In this document: positions 48,609 to 60,739 of the stretch, in pieces
Numbering within the stretch: the first letter of the stretch is position 1
Layout: each line of letters starts with the position of its first letter
Assembly (NCBI GenBank): GCA_964016885.1
Contig: OZ024756.1
Coordinates: forward strand, 2,852,001-2,916,000
DNA: 64,000 bases
Direction of reading: 5' to 3'
From: Eledone cirrhosa
Taxonomy: Eukaryota
Translations under genes and position numbers: made by a program
The notes under the pieces: model-generated
The model's input: the letters and a program-made list of their open reading frames with translations, nothing else
The model's database searches: none
What the model was told of the DNA's origin: nothing

Positions 48609-48899
48609 CCTTGTCTGGCTTTCTGGAGAATAGAGGAAAGGTGTTTCCTAAAAAACCCAGTATGACTCTAAAAACCGGTTTGTCTGTGTGTTTACATACA
48701 GAATAGCTGGACACTCACAGTAAAGTGACCAGTGAAAAACTCGGTACATCTACATATGTATACGTGTGTGTAATCATATGCATACTAGTATTTCAGTATA
48801 CATATGTGGATGTACATTTTTTTAACTTAATTGTTTAAGCGTCAGTCATACAAAAGTGAGTTACAAACGAAACGAAATTTAATTTCGTTTCGTTATTTG

Positions 48900-48930
<31 letters not shown>

Positions 48931-49079
48931 GGGAGGATTTTATAGTTCACTTGAAACATTGTGTAATGAGGAATAAACGTTTGAAGTTGTAAGGCCAAGA
49001 CAATGCAGGTATGGATATAGAATATAAATGCAAAAGATATTGTTGACGATTAGTCTTTTACCTAAAATTTATTTTAAAA

Positions 49080-49117
49080 TCCTTAATTTTCGAGATGATA
49101 TCTCTTCTTCGGAGGGA
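49080..49117 (-). ncRNA. variant/degenerate hammerhead-like motif in the 3' pLTR (inverted copy at 51058-51092 +)
   Basis: TCCCT-CCGAAGA-A-GAGAT(ATC)ATCTC-GAAA-AT-TA-AGGA: U4C core change, one extra A, AATT palindrome as stem III, short stem I. Confidence 0.45.
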
Positions 49118-49493
49118 AGTAAAGTGGTTATTCCAGCGTTCTAATTAGCTTGCCAAGTCATGCTGACAGGAAATGGTATAGCGATTCCATTCTATCTCTA
49201 ATGTCAAAGAGTGAAGGTTGGGTGAATAAATAGTAGTCTCCCTTTAAAAGGGGTTTTGTACATGTATGTGTGTGGGAGAATACGTGAAGGCGTTAGTATG
49301 CGTGTGTCTGTGTGAGTGTGAGAAGATATGTCTATACGTAAATGTGGGGGCTAGATGCTCTATCATGTTAAAACTGGTCTTTGTGTGTGTATGTGTGTGT
49401 GTGTGAGAGAGAATAAGTGGCGGTGTAAGCTTGTGTGTGTGTGTGTGTGCGTGTGTATTAGAGGGGGGTGTAAGTGTGGGGCTAGGTGCTCTA

Positions 49494-51012
49494 TCAAGTT
49501 ATAAATTGGGTGTTGAGTTCTAGTCTATTATTGATTGGTGGTTGTGTTTTATCTATAATTAGTGCTTCCTTAATTCTAAGATTGCCGAGATTTCTTTCCT
49601 TAGTTTCTATCCTAACTCTTATGGTTTCTGGTGTTTTTGCATTTCACTAGGTGTTTCTTAAATGAGGAAGCGTTAGTATTGAGGTGTTCTTTGATTCTTA
49701 TGTGAAGTGGTCTGGTGGTGCTACCTACGTAGATGTTGCTGCATTTGTCGCACTCTAATCTGTATACGACGTAAGTCTGGTGGCATAGGTCTGTGTCGTT
49801 GATGGGGCAGTTGGCTAGCCTGAAGCGGCTGTCATGTCTGGTGGAGTGTCTTTTGGTTAGCTATCCGCGTAGAGAAGGTCCTGAGTGGGCTAGTTGGATA
49901 TCTAGTCCCTCTCGTCTGATAGCTCTGCGGATGGCTGTTGTTGTTTCGTCACTGAAGTGTGGGAGCTTCAGGAAGCAGGTGTTAGTGCCTCGGGTGTGGT
50001 GTCCTCTGTTCTTTCTGGCACGGTTCGTGGTGGACGTCGGGTATCCGTTCAGTTTGAGTACTTCCAGGGTCTCTTGCGTCGGTGCATTTGTTCCGGATAC
50101 GTGTTAGTTCGTTCCTTATGTATCCGAACTTAGCGCCGGCTGGGAGGGCCGATCTGAAATGTACGAACATGTCCCAGGTGGCGGCCTTTTTTATAGAAGC
50201 AGGTGTGGATGTTGTCTTCCTCTGTTACCCTGAGTTGGAAGTCCAGTAGGGATAGGGATCCGCGGTCATCAGGGTGTTCCATGCTGAACTTTATACTGGC
50301 GTACATACTGGACAATGTCGTGTATATTTTATTCGCCTCCTCACGGGATGATGTAAGGATGAGTATGTCATCTACATATCGGGTGAAGAAGGTATGGGAA
50401 TGGCAGGTGTTGAGGGCTCGGCATTCTAGCTGGTGCATATAGGTGATGGCCAGCAGGCCCGATAGGCTGGATCCTATGGGTAATCCTGTTGTCTGATGTG
50501 TGGTGGTGGAAGGTGAAGTATGTGTTGTCCACTGTGAAGGACAAAAGCTGGTGTATGTCCGTCGGATGGAGGCAGTAGCAGTGGATGTCCTCTGCAACCA
50601 CGCAGTCCGTCAATAAATCGACAGCTGGATGAGCGGGGACTGTAGTGTAGAGGGAGACAACGTCGAGGCTAAAGGCGTATCTATTTAGTTTAAGTTGTTC
50701 TGACTGGAGTTCGTGTAGTCTATGTATGACTTCCTCGGAGCTACTGACATGCCCGGGAAAGGTGGAGAGTAGAGGCTTGAGAACCTGGGAGAGGAGCCAG
50801 GAGATTTTGTATAGGGGTCCTTCTATGCTAGAGACGATGGGTCTTATTTGTGTCTTAGTACTATTCTTGTGGGTCTTGATGAGGTGATAGAAATTGGGTA
50901 GTCTGCTATTTCTAGTGGTGTAGTTGAGCTTAACTTTATTTGGGAGTTGTCTTCTCCTACATATGTCGAACCAGATGGAGTTGGCCTGTTTTTCGATCTG
51001 GGCTGCAGTCAT
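49494..51012 (-). pseudogene. frameshifted Penelope-like RT / GIY-YIG endonuclease ORF
   Basis: LPNFYHLIKTHK..RPIVSS..SLDVVSLYTTVP (ORF 50368-51012); GLPIGSSLS..RYVDD..LSLLDF..FYKK (50130-50597); FVHFRSALP..GYIRNELTR (49982-50170). Hand translation gives VVYRLECDKCSNIYVGSTTRPLHIRIKEHL and EALIIDKTQPPINNR up to TGA at 49494. At least 3 frameshifts plus stops. Confidence 0.92.
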
Positions 51013-51199
51013 GTCCGGGATCTCTGTATATTAAAACGCTGGAATAACCACTTTACTTCCCTCCGAAGAAGAGATATCTCGAAAATTAAGGATATTTAAA
51101 TAAATTTAAGGTAAAAGACTAATTGTCAACAATATCTTTTGCATTTGCATTTATATTCTATATCCATACCTGCATTGTCTTGGCCTGACAACTACAAAC

Positions 51200-51252
<53 letters not shown>

Positions 51253-51340
51253 GTGTCTGTGTGTACTGATGCATATTTACTTTTATGTATTAGCTGTGCT
51301 GGAGCGAGAAATAAAATTGTCATTTTATTTTTATATATTT

Positions 51341-51427
<87 letters not shown>

Positions 51428-51441
51428 CATATTCTGCATAT

Positions 51442-51489
<48 letters not shown>

Positions 51490-51995
51490 TACATATCATC
51501 AGCATTCATGCTAAATCGACACATGGCTTTATTTAACAAACAAAAAAAAACTCTCGTTCTGTCTGTTCTCTCACTGTTCTACTGTGTTCTATTCTCGCAG
51601 AATCTTCACAACTTCACCACTTCATAGTTCTTTAGCAGGCAACTTTCCAAAGCGTGCGCTCAAGAATTTGCTGTTGTGTCATGGTTGACATGAAACATCA
51701 TATACGAGACAATACTAATAGAACATCGTAACCTGCCAAATTACACTTCCATGGCTCATCATCTCCACCAACACTTCCAGTCCTTTTTAACATGCATACA
51801 GGCCATAAAACATACATATGTACGTACATATTATATGCATACATATATATTAACTTACATATAATTACATATAAACTTACAAACACACATACACATATAT
51901 ATATATTTTCACACACACACAGATATATATATATATACATAAACATGCATATGTACGTACATATATGCATACATAAATACCGATATATATATTTT

Positions 51996-52106
<111 letters not shown>

Positions 52107-52589
52107 AAACATGCATATGTACGTACATATATGCATACATAAATACCGATATATATATTAACGTACATATAATTACATATAAACTTATATACACACACAC
52201 ACACACACACGTATATATATATACATATATATATGTGTATATATATATGGTGGCTGCCAACTCGTTTTCGAGTACGGCCACTACTTCATATCCATGTAGG
52301 AGAACCCCTACCAATGCGCTGAACGAGTGTGACTTTTTAGTCCAGCCAGCGACTTGAAAACTCTGGTACAAACACTACACTTGTGACAATTATTGACACA
52401 TAGTGCTGGGCCCATGGTACCATGTGACGACAAGTGCAGAGAGATCTCCAGATATAAAGAAATGCCTGTGCCGTGAAGCTTTTATAGTGAGCAAAGCACT
52501 GCACAAAGCCAGTTCCACTCTCTTAACCAAGATGATATTTACCAAAAAGAAGAACAAGTCAACATCATTGGATACCATCAGGGTTGCAG

Positions 52590-52855
52590 GTGTTATATCA
52601 GAGTTTTCTTTCTCCTAGAATTCTGCCTTGACAAAGGCTAAGGGGTCATCTCTCCCGGGGATTTTGGATGGCCATTGACTCTTAAGAGTTCCTTTGCCCT
52701 TTGACAGGTTTTGATTTTAGTCCTGCAGGATGTCCAAAGTCACCCTCCTCACCAAAAAACCTTGGTGGGGTTGCCAGTTTAGTCGCCAACGACCCGACCA
52801 TGAGACAGGTTGTACTGGGATACATGTTACCAGTAGCACCAACTGGTGACCTGAC

Positions 52856-52858
<3 letters not shown>
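52590..52858 (-). mobile_element. RTE-type LINE 5' UTR-like fragment
   Basis: Minus strand ...ccccttagcctttgtcaaggcagaattctaggagaaagaaaactctgat... resembles RTE 5' regions as I recall them; no ORF; abuts (TA)n. A related-looking piece lies at 52249-52370. Confidence 0.45.
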
Positions 52859-52893
<35 letters not shown>

Positions 52894-53182
52894 CATATAT
52901 ACACACACATATATATATATTTATATATATGTCCCTATATATGCATATATATATATATATGTATATATGTGCGTGTATATTTATATATATATGTGTGTAT
53001 GCTTACAGACATGCATATATAACGCATATATATACGTATGTATATAGGCATATATATATATATGTATATATGTGCGTGTGTATATATATATGTGTATATA
53101 TACAGACATATATAAATCAACATACACTAAATATCTATTTATATGTGAAAGGGTTAATAATGATTAATGCTTTTCCTCTTTG

Positions 53183-53369
53183 TGGATTGGCAGTATCGGT
53201 AGAAGGTCGACGCCATGCTTTCCACCATAGTTGCGTCCCTTTACGATCTGAGTTCAAATCCCGCCGAGGTTGACTTTGACTTTTATCCTTACGGGGTCGA
53301 TAAATTAAAGTACCAGTAATGCACTGGGTAATTGCTGGCCTTGTGCCTAAAGTAGAAACAATTATTATT
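53183..53369 (+). mobile_element. tRNA-derived SINE (cephalopod-type)
   Basis: A-box-like TGGCAGTATCGG (53188), B-box GTTCAAATCC (53252), body gaggttgactttgac..atccttacggggtcgataaa..gtaccag, tail ggccttgtgcc..agaaacaattattatt. Confidence 0.75.
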
Positions 53370-53907
53370 TTTACATGATTTTCTTCAAAATAGACCAGAC
53401 TTCCCAGAATACAACAAAATCATATCTGTATATACTACAGTTGCTCCCGCTACACCTACTACACACCCTAGGTTTTTCACATTTAGAAATGCTGCACCTC
53501 ACACCAATCTCTACCCCCACCTTCTTAAATAATAATAAAAATAATAATAAACTCCTTTACAAGCAGCTAACAAGATACGACTGTTTTCTATGTTTCTTTC
53601 ATTCGGAGCTTGTTTCGCCCTTATTTTCTCATTTTATTTACTTTATATTTTTTTTTTACCTTCCTCTTTTGTTTGTATTTTATTTTTTCTTTACTTCATT
53701 TCTATATTTCCTTGTTTTGTTTATTTATTTAATTTTATTTATTATTTTTTTCTTATATATGTCGTTTTACTTTCTTCTTTCCTTCCTTCTCTAGATATAT
53801 GAAATTCTTCCCATAATCACTATCTCAGCTTTTATCTATGCACAGTTTTGTTGTTGTTTTTGTTGTTGTGTGTGTCTGTTGTTGTGTGTACCTGTTTACT
53901 ATTACAC

Positions 53908-54408
<501 letters not shown>

Positions 54409-54557
54409 TGCTTTTTCCGAGCTTGTTTATCACATACATGGTACACATGTTCGAAGAGATTGTGTGGAAACAATTGGCATATTGACAACTGTGTTTCCAT
54501 ATCTACATGTATACATGGCTATGTCTTCATATACACCCCTATGTTATACATACATGC

Positions 54558-54587
<30 letters not shown>

Positions 54588-54588
<1 letters not shown>

Positions 54589-54785
54589 GGAAAATGTTTA
54601 ACCCCGACGGCAGAGCTCAACTCGTTTCGACGGCTATTTCTTGACTGAGTCCAGAAATAGCCGTCGCAATGGCTTGAGCTCTGCCGTCGGGGTCATACTT
54701 TTTCCTATTTCCCACTCTACTACCCTAAGTATTGAGTACTCTAGTGCGTTATAGTCCATCTGGTTCTCTACCACACCTCCTCCAG

Positions 54786-54787
<2 letters not shown>
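54588..54787. mobile_element. GC-rich hairpin element family B, copy 1
   Basis: accccgacggcagagctcaa/ttgagctctgccgtcggggt and cgacggctatttct/agaaatagccgtcg stems, followed by an ~80-bp unique tail; flanked by TA repeats. Confidence 0.75.
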
Positions 54788-54817
<30 letters not shown>

Positions 54818-54902
54818 CGTGTATGTATGAATGTATATCTATGTATATATATCTGTATACATATATATATATACATATATATGTGCAATATATATATGTA
54901 TA

Positions 54903-54989
<87 letters not shown>

Positions 54990-54990
<1 letters not shown>

Positions 54991-55186
54991 GGAAAATGTT
55001 TAACCCCGACGGCAGAGCTGAACTCGTTTCGACGGCTATTTCTTGACTGAGTCCAGAAATAGCCGTCGCAATGGCTTGAGCTCTGCCGTCGGGGTCATAC
55101 TTTTTCCTATTACCCACTCTACTACTTTAAGTATTGAGTACTTTGGTGCGTTATGGTCCACCTGGTTCCTTACCACATTTCCTTCG

Positions 55187-55189
<3 letters not shown>
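54990..55189. mobile_element. GC-rich hairpin element family B, copy 2
   Basis: Direct repeat of 54588-54787 at +402; hairpin nearly identical, tail more diverged. Confidence 0.75.
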
Positions 55190-55231
<42 letters not shown>

Positions 55232-55631
55232 TGTTTCTCTCTCCCTCCCTCTCTCTCTCTTTATCTATATATTGTCTGTGTCTGTTTCTGTATATATAAA
55301 TATATATATATATATATTTGTGTGTGTATGTGTGTGTACACGCATGTGTGTGACTATGCGTGTGCATGTGTATATATAATCTGTATTGCAGTAGATATGA
55401 TTGAAGCGAGTTACAGATGTGGACATATTTCATATACATATCTCTATATACTTGACAGATGTGGACATATGTTATGTATATATCTCATATACTTGACAGA
55501 TGTGAGTTATCCAATTGTATTCATAAGATTACTTCTTAGTTTCTGCTTTACTACATAGAGGGAGATCAACTGAAAACATGTCACCCGTATATACACATAG
55601 ATTATTAAACAGACACAGGCATATACTTATG

Positions 55632-55674
<43 letters not shown>

Positions 55675-55680
<6 letters not shown>

Positions 55681-55905
55681 ATGATTTGGGAGGGTCATGT
55701 TGCCAATAAGGAACGCACGCAGCAGTTGCTTTCACTTCAATTTATTATAAATTAAATTTATAAATTGAATTCATAATAAATTGAAGTGAAAGCAACTGGT
55801 GCGTGTGTTTCTTATTGGCAACATGACCCTCCCAAAGCATAACAATATCGGTTTCAACACACGTTTTCAGATAAAGAATCTTGCTAAACAAATTCAGAAA
55901 CGAAA
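55675..55905. mobile_element. fold-back element family A, copy 2 (opposite orientation)
   Basis: ~75-bp arms tttgggagggtcatgttgccaataag..ttgctttcacttcaatttatt / aataaattgaagtgaaagcaa..cttattggcaacatgaccctcccaaa; its tail is the reverse complement of 46220-46280. Confidence 0.8.
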
Positions 55906-55913
55906 TATATATA

Positions 55914-56033
<120 letters not shown>

Positions 56034-56152
56034 TATATATATATATATATTTAAAAGTTAAACAAGGTTCAATGAATAAATCAAAGAATGAGTTTTACAA
56101 TAGATTGGAAGCACTCAACTGCATTTGGTTTTCCAGAGTTATTAATATTAAT

Positions 56153-56573
<421 letters not shown>

Positions 56574-56605
56574 AAATGTGTGTAATCCTTGGTACAGTTA
56601 GGTAT

Positions 56606-57019
56606 ATTAAGACAGGGGGGAAGAAAAAATGTCTTCACTTGTGCTTTCAACAAATTTATTTTCTTCACAAAATCCAAAAATAATTTTTTTGCGGATTAGA
56701 AAAATTTTTTTTCTTAAAAAAAATTATTTTATAAATTAAGTTGTTGGTTGTCTTAGGAGTTCTTGGTTAACGTAGGAGGTATTGTTTCGTTTTTAGAACG
56801 ACCTTTCACGCTGAGGTGCGCTTCTAAAAACGAAACAATACCTCCTACGTTAACCAAGAACTCCTAAGACCTAACCAACAACCAACAACTTAATTTATAA
56901 AATAATTTTTTTTAAGAAAAATTTTTTTTCTAATCCGGAAAAAAATTCTTTTGGGATTTTGTGAAGAAAATAAATTTGTTGAAAGCACAAGTGAAGCCAT
57001 TTTTTCTTCCCCCCCTGTC

Positions 57020-57024
<5 letters not shown>
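56606..57024. mobile_element. fold-back element D (~195-bp arms, short spacer)
   Basis: tattaagacaggggggaagaaaaaatg..aggaggtattgtttcgtttttagaa / ttctaaaaacgaaacaatacctcct..cattttttcttccccccctgtcttaata. Confidence 0.8.
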
Positions 57025-57060
<36 letters not shown>

Positions 57061-57478
57061 CACAAAGTCTGAGAATAAAGTTTTTCCTCTTGATTTGTTT
57101 AGAATTAAGATTATATTACTTTTCCCTCATCTTATATATTAACAAATATTTCATCTTGATGGTATAGTCACTTATATGTTTGAATTATTGATGGCATTTT
57201 GCTTACATTAATTTCTCTATTTTCATTTATATATATATACATATGTATATATGTAGAAGGTGAATAATATTGTAGAACAATAAAACTATGCATATATCAG
57301 ATAAGTAGCACTCAACAGTTGGTAGAATTGGAGTATATATTAAAGAAGAAATTAAAAGATGGTAAAAAATATATGGAACTTTTTTAACCATCCTTTAATT
57401 TCTTCTTTTATATATATATATATATGTATGTCGGTATGTATGTATGTATCCATTTCTGTCTCTCTGCGTATATGTATA

Positions 57479-57529
<51 letters not shown>

Positions 57530-57867
57530 ATAATAATAAATTTGAAGACTAAAATCCAAAGAGGGCTCGATAAGGATAAATATATATCAAATATATAAGA
57601 ACCGTAGAGCAAATATTTATTAAAATAACAGATTAAAGTTTAAGCAAAGAATCGCTGCTTTCACCCTTAACGGGATCTTCTGAAACTATTTATAGAAATG
57701 AGTTTTACTTGAGGACAGAACCGTTTCATTTGTAAGACATCATCAGGAGTTTTCCGATGATTTCTCACGAACGAAATAGTTCTAGCCACGTAGAAGTCAT
57801 TTCTATAATAAAATTGCGTAAACTCTGCTAACCTATTTTGCCTCACTATATACATTGGAACCCACTT

Positions 57868-57990
57868 ACACACACACACACACACAGACACACACATACA
57901 GACAGACACACGCATTCACACACACATACAAACACACACACACAGACACACATACATACAGACAGACAGACAGACAGGCAGACAGATACA

Positions 57991-58080
<90 letters not shown>
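57868..58080. repeat. (CA)n/(CAGA)n/(TA)n compound microsatellite
   Basis: Direct inspection. Confidence 0.9.
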
Positions 58081-58081
<1 letters not shown>

Positions 58082-58137
58082 TAGTATTAATATTATACTC
58101 ATGATAATGCTTCGAATCTTCGTTGTTTTTTAAATTA

Positions 58138-58232
<95 letters not shown>

Positions 58233-58394
58233 TTCAATATTTCACTTTTTAACATTGCTCCTTTTACTGTGTTTTCTGTAGCAAAACATCTTTTTGTAAC
58301 TCAATAAATGATATCAATAACACTGGCAATAGTTATATATCTATATAAATGTTCTGAAGACTAGGATTTTAATTACCTGTTTAAACATTCTCTA

Positions 58395-58448
58395 TGCTCC
58401 GATGAATCCAGACATCAGACATCCGTCTGGAAGAAACAATTGTCAGCA
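58395..58448 (+). ncRNA. minimal type I hammerhead ribozyme, CCGAUGA core variant
   Basis: TGCT-CCGATGA-ATCCAGAC(11 nt)GTCTGGAA-GAAA-CAATTG-TC-AGCA: 7-bp stem II with an A.A mismatch at its base, palindromic ACAATTGT stem III, GUC^ site. Confidence 0.65.
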
Positions 58449-58623
58449 ATTAAATGTATTAAACTAAGATTTGATTGTTTTATATTTTGTATCTCGGCTC
58501 TGTAATATATTTGACAATTTACATTGAGGCTTTTCTCCTACCGGTAATTGGTTAGTACTTAGTACTACCCTCCATATTTATAATTAGATATAAACCATAT
58601 ATAAGTATAAACATTATTATTAT

Positions 58624-58701
<78 letters not shown>

Positions 58702-59539
58702 ATGTATGTGTGTGTAAGTAAAATATAAACAGAAATAACAACACAATCGGTACAGTATATGGAAGGAGTATATTACGCTAATGCTTGAAATAGCAGGAAG
58801 ATGGTCTTAACTTTTCGTATGTTAGTCCTTCATCGAAAGAAAGAATGAAAAATAAGATAGATTGAAGGGATGCGCGGGATGGAATTGGAAAAAATGTCTT
58901 TAGACAAAAATAACAGGTTAATTGATGTTGACATTTCTTGGAAAACTGTTGATGCTGGCGTTTTGTGTAGGAGATACTGTTTCAGAAAAGTGGATGATGG
59001 AGCGCCTCTACCTGAAATAAAAAAACATGTTTGTATAAAGAGCTATACTTCTGCGCGTGCGTAAGCATGTGTGTGTGTGTGTGTGCGTGTGTTATTATAG
59101 GTCCGTACGAATCTAAGTGGATATCTAATGTAAGTTATTAGTCGCACGCTTTCAAATAACAGTTATTTCCAGTAACAGAACTAGTACCTTCGTACTCTTA
59201 AGTCTAATCAACAGTTTTTAATGCATGCAATTATATAGCTGTAACTGACCTTCCATATCTTAAAATAGAAACAGACCCAAAATACATATGTTTAAAATAA
59301 AACCCCAATTGTCAAGTTTAGAAACATCAAGCCAAGAATCATCAATAGATTAACCAATGTCTTAGAAATGACTACACACTTATACTTCATTAAAATACAA
59401 TACAGAAAACCATACATTGTAATATCATCTTAAACGTTTGATTCGTCGGTCCACTATTATATTATCTTGGATCATGACCACAGTAAACATATCTCAGACA
59501 TATACACCACTAAGTATATTCTAATCACTGTATGCAAAT

Positions 59540-59800
59540 ATTATAATGATGCATTAGAGAGAAGAGGATTTAAAGAAAAAATACGTTGTGCCCCAAGATA
59601 AAACGATACAACCAAATAAAATTATATAATCCACCATTTAATTTAAATGCAAATTCAAATACCAAAGGATTGTTTTCTATATGCAATAAACAAACACTTA
59701 TAAACCACAAATTCCACAAACTCTTCAATAGAAGCAGTGTTAAGATGAGTTACTCTTGTTCGGAAAACATTAGATTATAACTGGAATCAATACAAAAATA
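59540..59800 (+). pseudogene. decayed fragment of a second Penelope-like family (RT-to-endonuclease linker)
   Basis: ORF 59586-59780 (LYNPPFNLNANSNTKG..NHKFHKLFNRSSVKMSYSCSENI) matches the WFNPPFS..HKIFNRNT.K.SYSCM.N motif I recognise from invertebrate PLEs. Confidence 0.7.
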
Positions 59801-59804
59801 TGAC

Positions 59805-60098
59805 AAACACACACGTACAGCACAAACACAAACATACTCACAAACACAAACACAAACACACAGACACACACACAGGCACACACACACACATGCACACGCA
59901 CACACAGACACACACACATACACATGTCTGTATGTACATATGTATATATATATATGTATTTATGTTTGTATATATGTGTATGTATGTATATATGTGTAAG
60001 CATGTATGTATATATGTGTATGTATGTATATATGTGTATGTATGTATATATGTGCATGTATGTATGCATATATGTGCATGTATGTATATGTGTGCACG

Positions 60099-60145
<47 letters not shown>

Positions 60146-60292
60146 ATATATGTACGCATGTATATATATGTATGTATGTATATATGTGTATGGATGTATA
60201 TATGTGTATGCATGTATTGGCGCATGTATGTATATGGCTACATGTATTTATGGATTTATGTATGTATATAGGTACACATATATGTATGCATT

Positions 60293-60349
<57 letters not shown>

Positions 60350-60635
60350 ACATGTATGTATGTACAAGCGTATGTATGCATTTACGTATTTATATAAATA
60401 TGTATTCATGTATATATGAACATATGTGCGTATGTATATATGCATGTATGTATATATGCATGTATGTATAGACGTATGTATATATGTGTATATGTAATGC
60501 CCTTGTTTACTTTTATTTTATATATATACACCGTTATATTTTATATATACACACCGACATATTATATATATATATACACCGTTATATTTTATATATATAC
60601 ACCGTTATATCATATATATATATATATATATACAC
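59805..60635. repeat. (CA)n followed by degenerate (TATG)n/(TA)n; short tatatacaccgttatat repeats at 60520-60635
   Basis: Direct inspection. Confidence 0.9.
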
Positions 60636-60739
60636 CCTAATATACGGGGTCAACAAAAAATGACCGATGAAATAAGATTTGGCAAAAAGTAAATACGGGG
60701 GTCGATATGATTGACTAAATCCCTTGGATTATTATAAGA

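Larger units (their letters stand above)
46667..48905 (+). mobile_element. 469-bp tandem array (4.8 copies), one hammerhead ribozyme per unit: candidate non-LTR retrozyme
   Basis: aggccggaag at 46671, 47140, 47609, 48078 and 48547 (period 469). No differences seen between copies; (TA)n on both flanks. Confidence 0.85.
48931..51205 (-). mobile_element. Penelope-like retroelement, 5'-truncated, with inverted pseudo-LTRs, inserted in (TA)n
   Basis: RT plus C-terminal GIY-YIG coding remnants; ~172-bp inverted repeats at 48973-49145 and 51030-51205. Confidence 0.92.

Noticed and set aside
51495-51800. Solo LTR (minus-strand AATAAA near one end)
   Set aside because: No clear TG..CA termini, target-site duplication or second copy in the window.
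53183-53270. tRNA gene
   Set aside because: A/B boxes are present but there is no cloverleaf, and it continues into a SINE body and tail.
56955-57000. Hammerhead in fold-back D (gtgaaga..gaaagcac)
   Set aside because: Core C3 is missing and there is no UH or stem I closure.
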